Shown here: positions 27,871 through 36,008 of the stretch, piece by piece
Layout of the letters: each line of letters opens with the position of its first letter
How positions within the stretch are numbered: position 1 is the first letter of the stretch
IMG/VR virus record: IMGVR_UViG_3300037042_006844
Coordinates: 122,556-186,555 of that record
Direction: 5' to 3' (one strand)
Origin: a virus
Length of the DNA: 64,000 nt
Program-made: the position numbers and the translations under genes
The notes under the pieces: generated by a model
What the model was told of the DNA's origin: nothing
Seen by the model: only the letters and a program-made list of their open reading frames with translations
The model's database searches: none

Positions 27871-28449
27871 TTACAGATTTTCAGCATCATCGCCAAAATC
27901 CTCTGGGCTGGGCAATGGTCCTGGGAGTTCGTTTGCTGTTCTGATTTTCTTTCTGGCTGCCAATCTTGCTGGAATATCGTTCGGCACATGCACAACTGCA
28001 TAAATACAGTTTGCCAATGAGCTGCCGTGATGATTAAACTGTTTGTCGATCATGGCAACATCCTCCGGGGGCAAATCTTCTGAATGTCCGCCGCCACCAA
28101 CTCGAACGTGTCTGATTCTGCCGTTTGAAAATACAACCGCAATTGGTTCAGGGACACCGTCTTCATATACTCCAGAAGGTATTTCGAAATCATATACACC
28201 AGAGTAGTTTTTGCCATATTCGACTTCAAACTGGGATTTAGTAAACTCGCCATTCTCCACAGGTTGCCCATGAGCCATGACGGGACCATGCGCCCCTTTC
28301 AGCTTTTTGCTCAAACCTTTTACTGCTTGCATATCGGGATGATTTGCGGGTAAATTCGTTGAAGCTTCATTGAGTGAGCGAATTCTTGCTTGGAAAAGAC
28401 CCAAATGCTTTTTGAATGTCTCGTTGAGAATGTTGTTGGTGTTGTCCAT
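27871..28449 (-). CDS. hypothetical protein, a paralogue of 11451..11873
   Basis: Shares the N-terminal TFKKHLGL motif. Confidence 0.5.
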   Translation of the reverse strand: MDNTNNILNETFKKHLGLFQARIRSLNEASTNLPANHPDMQAVKGLSKKLKGAHGPVMAHGQPVENGEFTKSQFEVEYGKNYSGVYDFEIPSGVYEDGVPEPIAVVFSNGRIRHVRVGGGGHSEDLPPEDVAMIDKQFNHHGSSLANCIYAVVHVPNDIPARLAARKKIRTANELPGPLPSPEDFGDDAENL

Positions 28450-28530
28450 ATATAATCTATAAATATATGTGAAAATGGAAAACCCCTCAATTTTGTCAAG
28501 GGGCGTTGATTATTTTGCAATTGCTATATG

Positions 28531-28911
28531 TTACTTCACTGGCACAGCATTGGTGCCATGATCTCTTGGAGGCGGACCATCATGTGGTGGGCGTGGTCCC
28601 ATTGGACCTTTGCCGTGTGGTCCCATTCCGTCTCTGCGAGGACCGCCCCCGGGACGACCTCCCATCGCATCACGCATTATTGCTTCACGCATTTTTTTGC
28701 GATCATCAGAGGAAATCTTCAGACGTTCTTCTCTGTCCAGCTTGCCATTTTTGTTGGTATCATATTTGGCAACCATTTCAGCTTGCACTTTCTTTTGTGC
28801 TTCGGTCATTGGAGGACGGGGTCCGGGAGGTGGTCCCTTTGGTCCTTCTTGAGCGTTAACAACATTGATTGTGAGTGCAGCCAGTAGTGCGAGCAGTGCG
28901 TATTTTTTCAT
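28531..28911 (-). CDS. secreted Pro/Gly-rich protein
   Basis: Signal peptide MKKYALLALLAALTINVVNAQ. PGPRPP and GPxG repeats. Confidence 0.5.
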   Translation of the reverse strand: MKKYALLALLAALTINVVNAQEGPKGPPPGPRPPMTEAQKKVQAEMVAKYDTNKNGKLDREERLKISSDDRKKMREAIMRDAMGGRPGGGPRRDGMGPHGKGPMGPRPPHDGPPPRDHGTNAVPVK

Positions 28912-29048
28912 TTTTGTCCTTTTGGTTCAACACCACCTTGATAAATGGTGCCGTCACATATAACTATACTCGGAACATACCACTTCGTCAATAGCTCACA
29001 CCGTATTAACCCCATTTCATCTCACAAATTGGCAGGTTCGTCCCAAGC

Positions 29049-29076
29049 TTGACTTTTTTTAACTTCGTGCTATTAT
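29049..29076 (+). promoter_or_regulatory. sigma70-like promoter (TTGACT-N16-TATTAT), ATG 7 nt downstream (leaderless)
   Basis: Read from the sequence. Confidence 0.45.
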
Positions 29077-29082
29077 TATATT

Positions 29083-29316
29083 ATGAGCGAACAACATTTT
29101 TTTGGACCGTCGTGGAATCCAGCAATCAGAGATTTATTGAATCACTTAAAAAATCTTCAAGACGTTGCTGATTATCGTGCTCGGTTGATCACCAACAACT
29201 TTTATGCTCACGAAACTGAGGAAGAACAAACGTTGCGTCAAGCAAAGGCTCAAGCCGCAGCAGATACATATGCGTATTGCATCAGCTGTATTATGGATTT
29301 GAATCGAAAAATCTGA
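29083..29316 (+). CDS. hypothetical protein
   Basis: 77-aa ORF. Confidence 0.4.
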   Translation: MSEQHFFGPSWNPAIRDLLNHLKNLQDVADYRARLITNNFYAHETEEEQTLRQAKAQAAADTYAYCISCIMDLNRKI

Positions 29317-29356
29317 CGGTTGACAATCAGCGAGTGTGTGCTATGATATAACACAT

Positions 29357-29818
29357 ATGGCGACACTATTTTTAACAGTTGGCTTACCCGGAAGCGGCAA
29401 GAGCACATGGGCAAAGCGATTCATTGCGAATCACGCGGAGCCTATCACCTATTTGAGCAGTGATGAACTCCGAGCCAGATTTGGAACGGGTGAAGAGGAC
29501 CAAACAGTTACTCCGCAGGTTTTTTCACATATTCGTCAAGAAATTGGGAATTTATTGAAAAACGGCAAAAACGTGATGGTGGATGCGACCAACGTCAACC
29601 GCAAAGACCGCATAGATTCGATTCGCATCGCAAAAAAGTATGGTGCCAGAGTGACCGCATTTGTATTTGAAATGAATCGTGCGGGATTGATCAAGAGAAA
29701 CGCCGACAGAGGCAAGCAGGGCGGTCGAGTTGTTCCAGACTGGGTCATCGACAAAATGCTTGCCAAGTATGAAGCTCCCTCCAATGCCGAGGGAATTGAT
29801 GATATTGTTTATGTTTGA
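29357..29818 (+). CDS. pnk: polynucleotide 5'-kinase (T4 Pnk kinase-domain homologue with no HAD phosphatase domain)
   Basis: LTVGLPGSGKSTWAKRFIA (T4: LTIGCPGSGKSTWAREFIA), VDATNVNRKDR and VPDWVIDKMLAKY. Start at ACACATATGGCG. Confidence 0.7.
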   Translation: MATLFLTVGLPGSGKSTWAKRFIANHAEPITYLSSDELRARFGTGEEDQTVTPQVFSHIRQEIGNLLKNGKNVMVDATNVNRKDRIDSIRIAKKYGARVTAFVFEMNRAGLIKRNADRGKQGGRVVPDWVIDKMLAKYEAPSNAEGIDDIVYV

Positions 29819-30455
29819 AAGACCTTTGAAACTACGGCACGGTGCCGAGCAGAATGTGTTTTTCACATCTGATACGCATTTCAACCACAACAAGGAGTTT
29901 ATTTACAAAAGTCGTGGATACATCGACCGGTATGAACACAACGATGCATTGATCACCAAAATCAATGAGCGCGTTCATGCTCAGGACGTATTGTTTCATC
30001 TGGGCGATTTTTGTTTGAATATCACTCCTCCAGAATTCCAGACAATTATCAGCCGTATCAACTGCCAGAATATTTACTATATCTGGGGCAACCACAACAG
30101 TTGTATTCGTAAGTATTATGAGGATGCCGTTCTCCAGAAGTTGAACGCGGCAATTGAAATGTATCCATACACGGTGGGTAACATCACCTTTTTGGGCGAC
30201 TACAAAGAAATCATTGTCAATGGGCAATTGATTGTGCTGCATCATTATCCTCACGATATTTTCAACCAGCAGCAAAACGGTGCTTGGCAGCTTAGTGGAC
30301 ATAGCCATTACACCAACCAAAAAACTCAAATCGACTATTTGGAAAAGAAAAGCTTGGATGTGGGCTGGGATGGTCACGGCAAGCCTTTGAGCTTTGACGA
30401 AATTTATAGAATTATGAGCACGAAAACCAACGTGCGAACCGACGATCATCACTAA
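29811..30455 (+). CDS. calcineurin-like metallophosphoesterase, a candidate 2',3'/3'-phosphatase partner of Pnk
   Basis: VFFTSDTHFNH, LGDF and WGNHNS motifs. The ATG overlaps the pnk stop (ATGTTTGA). Confidence 0.6.
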   Translation: MFERPLKLRHGAEQNVFFTSDTHFNHNKEFIYKSRGYIDRYEHNDALITKINERVHAQDVLFHLGDFCLNITPPEFQTIISRINCQNIYYIWGNHNSCIRKYYEDAVLQKLNAAIEMYPYTVGNITFLGDYKEIIVNGQLIVLHHYPHDIFNQQQNGAWQLSGHSHYTNQKTQIDYLEKKSLDVGWDGHGKPLSFDEIYRIMSTKTNVRTDDHH

Positions 30456-30463
30456 CATAGATT

Positions 30464-30661
30464 ATGAAAACAAAAACATATAAATGCCACGACGTATCAT
30501 TCAATTTCAGCAAAATGGATGAGGACACACTGTTTCGGATGTGGACCCACTATTGCGGCGGGTCTGCATCCGAATCGAAAACAATAAGTGCATTGATTGA
30601 AAATATAGCGCATCTGCGTGGATTCGATGTCACTAAATGGGAAGCAAGAGAATCGGATTGA
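30464..30661 (+). CDS. hypothetical protein
   Basis: 65-aa ORF. Confidence 0.35.
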   Translation: MKTKTYKCHDVSFNFSKMDEDTLFRMWTHYCGGSASESKTISALIENIAHLRGFDVTKWEARESD

Positions 30662-30685
30662 CAATTCGAGAGATCGTGCTATTTT
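30658..30685 (+). promoter_or_regulatory. sigma70-like promoter (TTGACA-N16-TATTTT), ATG 7 nt downstream
   Basis: Read from the sequence. Confidence 0.45.
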
Positions 30686-30691
30686 GATATT

Positions 30692-31072
30692 ATGAAAATT
30701 GAACTAACACCACAGCAAGTCCACTCCGTAGTATTTAACTCTCCTTGGGAAACTCGAACCGCAGTTTTTGATCAGATAATGGTGCTCGCCGAAAAGGGTG
30801 CTCAAGAGCCACCTCTGCCAAAAGTGGTGCCGCCCGTGGAACCGGGTTGTGACAGTGGAGTAAATGCACTGTGTGATAATGAGTCTATTTCCGAATTACT
30901 GGCAACCGTCACTCAGTATGAAAATTCATACGGCGATAATATTATCAAAACTCGAATCGGAATGTGGATGCGTGCTATACCAAACCTCTCAGCAGAAAAC
31001 GCCCTAGAATTATGCAATCGTTTGCGAAACGCTCAGTTGTATTATCAGATTAAGAATTTTGATACAATATGA
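30692..31072 (+). CDS. hypothetical protein
   Basis: 126-aa ORF. Confidence 0.45.
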   Translation: MKIELTPQQVHSVVFNSPWETRTAVFDQIMVLAEKGAQEPPLPKVVPPVEPGCDSGVNALCDNESISELLATVTQYENSYGDNIIKTRIGMWMRAIPNLSAENALELCNRLRNAQLYYQIKNFDTI

Positions 31073-31287
31073 AAATATACATTGTTGAGTCCGTGGCATT
31101 TAACGAACATACCGAGATACTCCACGTTAACTCCGATTTGAATAAAACAATTGAATACGTGGATAAGTGTAAATCGCCGTATGATGAGGATGATAATTAC
31201 GAAATTGGAGTCTTTGAATTCGTTTCAAAAGAAGGCAGCACCGAATTTGTGTATAGTAAACAAGTATACGAGCGAATTTTCAAATAA
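31069..31287 (+). CDS. hypothetical protein
   Basis: 72-aa ORF with ATGA overlap. Confidence 0.4.
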   Translation: MKIYIVESVAFNEHTEILHVNSDLNKTIEYVDKCKSPYDEDDNYEIGVFEFVSKEGSTEFVYSKQVYERIFK

Positions 31288-31291
31288 ATTT

Positions 31292-31573
31292 ATGAACAGC
31301 AAAAACAACACTACGTTTAGTAGCAACCGCAACATCATCAAATACACCGCAAAGTATTTTGTGCTCAGTATTCTGGGCGTTTTAATCTGGGACTGTGCAG
31401 GAAAATTGAGCACAGAACGGGATACATTCGCAAATATTTTCGGAGCCGCACTTTTCACTGGACTTTTTTTAGGGTTCGTGTTAATCTTGAAAAGTGACAT
31501 CGCCAAGTTGATAACGACTGACGATCAAACAACTGACAACAAAACAGAAAACAAAACAAATGAGCAGCAGTAA
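31292..31573 (+). CDS. hypothetical membrane protein
   Basis: Track ORF 31151..31573. An ATG follows the previous stop. Two TM helices. Confidence 0.4.
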   Translation: MNSKNNTTFSSNRNIIKYTAKYFVLSILGVLIWDCAGKLSTERDTFANIFGAALFTGLFLGFVLILKSDIAKLITTDDQTTDNKTENKTNEQQ

Positions 31574-32489
31574 GACATTGGTGAAGATGGTTAGTATTGG
31601 GCTGGTCGCAAGTGCGCTGGCGTTAGCAACAACTGGTTGTAATCGGATTGAACCCGGATGGGTCGGAATCAAAGTCAACCAAGCTGGAAGCGCAAAAGGT
31701 GTGGAGGATTATCCTCTGCAAACTGGCTGGGTGCTGTATATGCCGGGTCTCACCAAAGTATATGAGTATCCCACATTTCAGCAGAACGTCATTTGGTGCG
31801 CGAGTCTAAACGAGGGACGAGCATTGGATGAAAGCATCAGCTTCAACTGCAAGGGTGGTGCAGCCATCGTGGCAGATGTGAGCATGAGCGGCAAGTTCAA
31901 GATCGAGAAGGTGCCGTTTATTTTCGTCAAGTTCCGCACTGAACCGAGCCTAATCGTCCACGGATATTTACGCAACGAAGTCCGTGATGCACTGGGACGC
32001 ATTGCATCCACATATGATCCGATGGATGTGATTGGCGACAAGCGTGGAGAGTTTCTGGATGCTCTCAAGAAGGAAGTGGATTCAAGGGTTGGTGATTGGT
32101 GGGTTGTTGACTATATCACATTCGCCAACAAGCTCCGTATGGACCCTCGCATTGAGCAAAGCATCAACACAATTATTGAGCAGAAACAACAGACGGCAGC
32201 AAGTGAATTGAAAGTCAAACAAACCAAGGCTGAAGCTGATCAGCAAGTCGCCAAGAGTGAGGGTGAAGCTCGCAGCAAGAAGGCTCTGGCAGAAGGTGAA
32301 GCTCAAGCCATTCTTGCCAAGGCAAAGGCTCAAGCAGAAGCAAATACACTGCTCACGCAAAGCATGACGCAGATGTTGCTACAGTATGATGCACTGCAAA
32401 AGTGGGATGGCAAGCTGCCCACGATTACTACTGGAAGTGGTGTAGTGCCTTTCATCAATGTTGGCGGTGTCGTATCCACCAACCGATAG
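31560..32489 (+). CDS. SPFH/band-7 (prohibitin/flotillin-like) lipoprotein
   Basis: Lipobox LALATTGC. SPFH core plus an Ala/Glu-rich coiled-coil tail (EGEARSKKALAEGEAQAILAKAKAQAEA). Confidence 0.65.
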   Translation: MSSSKTLVKMVSIGLVASALALATTGCNRIEPGWVGIKVNQAGSAKGVEDYPLQTGWVLYMPGLTKVYEYPTFQQNVIWCASLNEGRALDESISFNCKGGAAIVADVSMSGKFKIEKVPFIFVKFRTEPSLIVHGYLRNEVRDALGRIASTYDPMDVIGDKRGEFLDALKKEVDSRVGDWWVVDYITFANKLRMDPRIEQSINTIIEQKQQTAASELKVKQTKAEADQQVAKSEGEARSKKALAEGEAQAILAKAKAQAEANTLLTQSMTQMLLQYDALQKWDGKLPTITTGSGVVPFINVGGVVSTNR

Positions 32490-32567
32490 AAAAGCAACAG
32501 ATAGGGGAACTCAAGGCTCCATTGACGAAAGTTGATGGAGCCTTGTTTATTGTGGGAAACTAAATTT

Positions 32568-32789
32568 ATGGCAAAGAAACTCGTAATCAAATGTGTGGTG
32601 TGTGACAAATCCGATAATTTTTCGGATTCCAAAGACGTTACCCAGGCAAGATGGAAAATTATTGGTTGGAATATCGGTCAAGACGAACCCATATGCACAT
32701 GCAACAAATGTGATTATTTTGATCAACCAAAAAAGCAAGCAAAGTCGAGCGTTGACAAAACAAAAAAAGCTGCTAAGATAACACCATGA
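32568..32789 (+). CDS. small zinc-ribbon protein
   Basis: CVVCDK…CTCNKCDYFD. Confidence 0.4.
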   Translation: MAKKLVIKCVVCDKSDNFSDSKDVTQARWKIIGWNIGQDEPICTCNKCDYFDQPKKQAKSSVDKTKKAAKITP

Positions 32790-33940
32790 ACAAGACATAC
32801 GACACAATTTATTCAAAAGATTCCCTTGGCAACATTCGCATTTGGTATATGAAACAGCAAGATGCGAAATATTGCACCATTTCGGGTCTCAAAGACGGAG
32901 AGAAAGTCACTAGCGAGTGGACCCTCGTCGAGGGAAAGAATACTGGCAAGAAAAACGCCACATCTGCCGAGCAGCAAGCCACTGCCGAGATCATCTCCCG
33001 CTATAAAAAGCAACTTAAAACGGGATATTTCAAAAATATAAAGGATGCTGGTAAGATTTTGTATGTGGAACCCATGCTGGCTCAATCGTTGCACAAGCTC
33101 GCCGACAAGAATTTGCCAGACTACAACAAACAGCACTGGGCGATTCAATGTAAATTCAACGGTAACAGGTGCGTTGCCACCAAGAGTGGTCTGTTCACCC
33201 GCACGGGGGAACGCTATATGAGCGTTCCGCATATTGAAGCGGCTCTCAAGCCATTTTTCGATAAAAATCCAGACGCAGTTCTGGATGGTGAGCTATTTAA
33301 CAACGATTTGCGACAAAAGTTGAACGAAATAAGCGAGCTATTGCGTAAAACTGTGAAAATAACCCCAGAAATTCTTGCCAAAAGCAAGAATATGGTGCGA
33401 TATTATGTTTACGACGGCTACGGTTTCAACAGCGATACGTATGACTTCGATGCGGCAACACCGTATCGCATCCGCAAAGAATATATTGATGGAAATATCG
33501 TCGGTGCCTATGATTACATTGAGCACGTTGAAACGACCACAATCAAAAACGAATCGCACATGATGGAAATTTTCCAGAAGTATTTGGCTGACCAGCAGGA
33601 GGGTGGTATTCTGCGAAACATGGCGGCTCCTTACGAACACAAGCGCAGCAAAAACCTTGTCAAGGTAAAAGTCGATGAAGATGATGAAGCTGTGATTGTT
33701 GATTTGACTGATGGAAATGGCAATTGGAGTGGTGCCGCAACCAATGTCACACTCAAATGGAAAGATAAAACATTTGATGGTGTATTCAAAGGTGAATATG
33801 AACAACGGGTTGAAATCCTAAAAAATAAAAAGGATTGGATCGGCAAGACAGTCACGTTCTTTTTTATGGGTTTGACTGGTTTGGGAACCCCGAATTTCGC
33901 CAGAGTAAATCCAGATAATTGTTTCAAAACGGATCGATAA
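32786..33940 (+). CDS. ATP-dependent DNA ligase (T7/T4-like), with motif I written KFNGNR
   Basis: Nucleotidyltransferase motifs: I (CKFNGNRC), III (VLDGELF), IV (EGGILRN) and V (LVKVKVD), plus a C-terminal OB-like domain. Confidence 0.6.
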   Translation: MNKTYDTIYSKDSLGNIRIWYMKQQDAKYCTISGLKDGEKVTSEWTLVEGKNTGKKNATSAEQQATAEIISRYKKQLKTGYFKNIKDAGKILYVEPMLAQSLHKLADKNLPDYNKQHWAIQCKFNGNRCVATKSGLFTRTGERYMSVPHIEAALKPFFDKNPDAVLDGELFNNDLRQKLNEISELLRKTVKITPEILAKSKNMVRYYVYDGYGFNSDTYDFDAATPYRIRKEYIDGNIVGAYDYIEHVETTTIKNESHMMEIFQKYLADQQEGGILRNMAAPYEHKRSKNLVKVKVDEDDEAVIVDLTDGNGNWSGAATNVTLKWKDKTFDGVFKGEYEQRVEILKNKKDWIGKTVTFFFMGLTGLGTPNFARVNPDNCFKTDR

Positions 33941-33955
33941 AAAAAGAAGGCGCAT

Positions 33956-34279
33956 ATGATGATTCGAAACGTGCATCTGATTTATACAGTTACGACAGTG
34001 AAATTCCGCGCCGAAGTTCCCACAGACAACTGGTGCGATTCAAGATGCTGGGGATACTATTTCGATTTGAAAACAGCCAAACGAATGGTATCGAAAAATT
34101 ATGCTGCTTTTAATGAGGCTGGATATTGGCCCTGGATTGTGATTGAAGGAGTTAAACCAGGAATTGGGCATGTGGATCGCAATGAATATTGGTTCGTTTA
34201 TGACAACGATACACAAAAATATGTTGCGGCGGAAAAACCAACGTATGCATATTTTGCGGTGTGCTGGGGAATGGGGTAA
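33956..34279 (+). CDS. hypothetical protein
   Basis: 107-aa ORF starting at GCGCATATGATG. Confidence 0.4.
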   Translation: MMIRNVHLIYTVTTVKFRAEVPTDNWCDSRCWGYYFDLKTAKRMVSKNYAAFNEAGYWPWIVIEGVKPGIGHVDRNEYWFVYDNDTQKYVAAEKPTYAYFAVCWGMG

Positions 34280-34287
34280 TATAACGC

Positions 34288-34761
34288 ATGATATTCAAAA
34301 TTATAGATAGAATCACAATTCGGAAATTTTCGGAACTGTGTGTGATTGCCGCATTGATTATTTTTGCATTGGTTAATATCAACCAGCTTGCCCGACAGAT
34401 ATTTGTGAAAGGGCATGGTAAACGCATGGGCGTGGTCACAAAACTAACAGAGCGTGGTTGGTTCAACAAAAGTTGGGAAGGCGAACTGTTTGTTCCGAGT
34501 GAAGAAATCAATTACAGTAGTGGAGCATTGGACCCGGACATATGGAATTTCAGTGTAACCGACACAAACTTGGTGAGCAAAATTGAATCGTGTATTGGAA
34601 AAAATGTAATACTTATTTACAATCGCAGCTTTGATCCAAAACATCGAGAAACATTATTTGACGTAATTGAGATCACCACAAATAATGTGCAGCAAGTGTT
34701 CATTCAGATTCAAGACCCGATGGTTCCCTTTCCCAGATTTGTCGCCGTAACAAATCATTGA
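34288..34761 (+). CDS. hypothetical protein
   Basis: 157-aa ORF. Confidence 0.4.
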   Translation: MIFKIIDRITIRKFSELCVIAALIIFALVNINQLARQIFVKGHGKRMGVVTKLTERGWFNKSWEGELFVPSEEINYSSGALDPDIWNFSVTDTNLVSKIESCIGKNVILIYNRSFDPKHRETLFDVIEITTNNVQQVFIQIQDPMVPFPRFVAVTNH

Positions 34762-34811
34762 TAATATCAAAGCTTGACAAAGCACCAACCTTTTGATAAA
34801 TTGGTAGCAGC

Positions 34812-35096
34812 ATGAAACCTACATCATCTGGAATTTATGAGTGGTTCGATCACACTGGCAAAAAGCGGTTGGTCGAAGTCGTGGACGTAAGCAGAGGCAT
34901 GTTGCCGCCATATTTGCGGGTGTATTTTAATGGCAGTTACTACAACATCCACGATGAGCATGACCCGGAATGCCCCCAATTCGATCATCTGACCAAAGCA
35001 GAATGGGCTGACAAATGGGGCAGTCGCATTGCCAATAATTTTGAATTACCAGACGAGCAATTGTATCTGGCTCCCGACAAAAACACTGAAGTATAA
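34812..35096 (+). CDS. hypothetical protein
   Basis: 94-aa ORF. Confidence 0.4.
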   Translation: MKPTSSGIYEWFDHTGKKRLVEVVDVSRGMLPPYLRVYFNGSYYNIHDEHDPECPQFDHLTKAEWADKWGSRIANNFELPDEQLYLAPDKNTEV

Positions 35097-35112
35097 CAAA
35101 CGCACAGTCATA

Positions 35113-35283
35113 ATGAAACTAAACAGATCCAAAGTATTCTCAGCGTATATAACTTTCTTTTTATTAAGCATCATTCCGATGCTATTTTTCGAAATGAACA
35201 GCCCTATCAGCCGCGAGCTTGTTATTTTTAATGCGAAACTCTCATTAATTATACTGGCGATCTATCTTTGCACCACCGAATAA
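35113..35283 (+). CDS. small membrane protein
   Basis: Track ORF 35029..35283. The internal ATG starts MKLNRSKVF…. Two TM helices. Confidence 0.35.
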   Translation: MKLNRSKVFSAYITFFLLSIIPMLFFEMNSPISRELVIFNAKLSLIILAIYLCTTE

Positions 35284-35297
35284 CAACATAACAACAT

Positions 35298-35948
35298 ATG
35301 AACTATTTCATTGCCACAGATTGCGAAACCGGAGGAATCGGAGACGACAAAAGTTTGCTCACAGCATACTTTGCTTTTCTCAGACAATATGACGACGGCA
35401 GCATCGTGAAGCTCGATGAGTTGGATTTGAAAATCAAGCCAAACGACGATGTGTATCGTATTACAACCGAAAGTCTTGAGATCACTCACATCAATTTGAT
35501 TCAGCACAACAAAGGTGCCATTTCCGAAAAACAAGCTGGAACCAAGCTGTATGATAAGCTGCGCATTTGGTATAGTGACAGCGGAAATACCAAGCTTATT
35601 CCAATTGGACATAATGTGGCGTTCGATATTCGTCGCATCACTAATACTTTGGTAAACCGGGGAAGCTGGGAACAATATGTTAGTTATCGTGTGTTGGACA
35701 CATGCACTATCGCCCAATTTCTACGGTTAACTGGTAATTTGCCAACAGATTTGTCGTGTGGTTTGGGCAACCTTAGAGATCATTTCAAAATCGAAATGCC
35801 CGAAGGTGCTGCACATGAAGCAAAATACGACACGCTTGTCACCGTAAAGGTGCTACAGCATTTAATGGAAATTGTCAGTAGCAGTAACAAGAAAACGACC
35901 CAACCTCCGTTGTGGGGGACCACGGTTACTACCGGAGACGGTTGGTAA
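35298..35948 (+). CDS. DEDD-family (DnaQ-like) 3'-5' exonuclease
   Basis: Exo I motif ATDCETGG, Exo II motif IGHNVAFDI and Exo III motif HEAKYDT. Confidence 0.7.
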   Translation: MNYFIATDCETGGIGDDKSLLTAYFAFLRQYDDGSIVKLDELDLKIKPNDDVYRITTESLEITHINLIQHNKGAISEKQAGTKLYDKLRIWYSDSGNTKLIPIGHNVAFDIRRITNTLVNRGSWEQYVSYRVLDTCTIAQFLRLTGNLPTDLSCGLGNLRDHFKIEMPEGAAHEAKYDTLVTVKVLQHLMEIVSSSNKKTTQPPLWGTTVTTGDGW

Positions 35949-35980
35949 CATATTCAAACCCAAGTTTTGAAAAAAAGCGT

Positions 35981-36008
35981 TTGACTTCTTATCAAACGCT
36001 GCTAAGAT
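35981..36008 (+). promoter_or_regulatory. sigma70-like promoter (TTGACT-N16-TAAGAT) for rIIA
   Basis: The -10 box overlaps the track's first ATG, so the real start is probably the ATG at about 36025 (MKTIATNN…). Confidence 0.45.

Noticed and set aside
28506-28887. Plus-strand ORFs of 117 and 119 aa
   Set aside because: They are antisense to 28531..28911, which has a clean signal peptide and Pro/Gly repeats. The plus frames are low-complexity artefacts of the same repeats.
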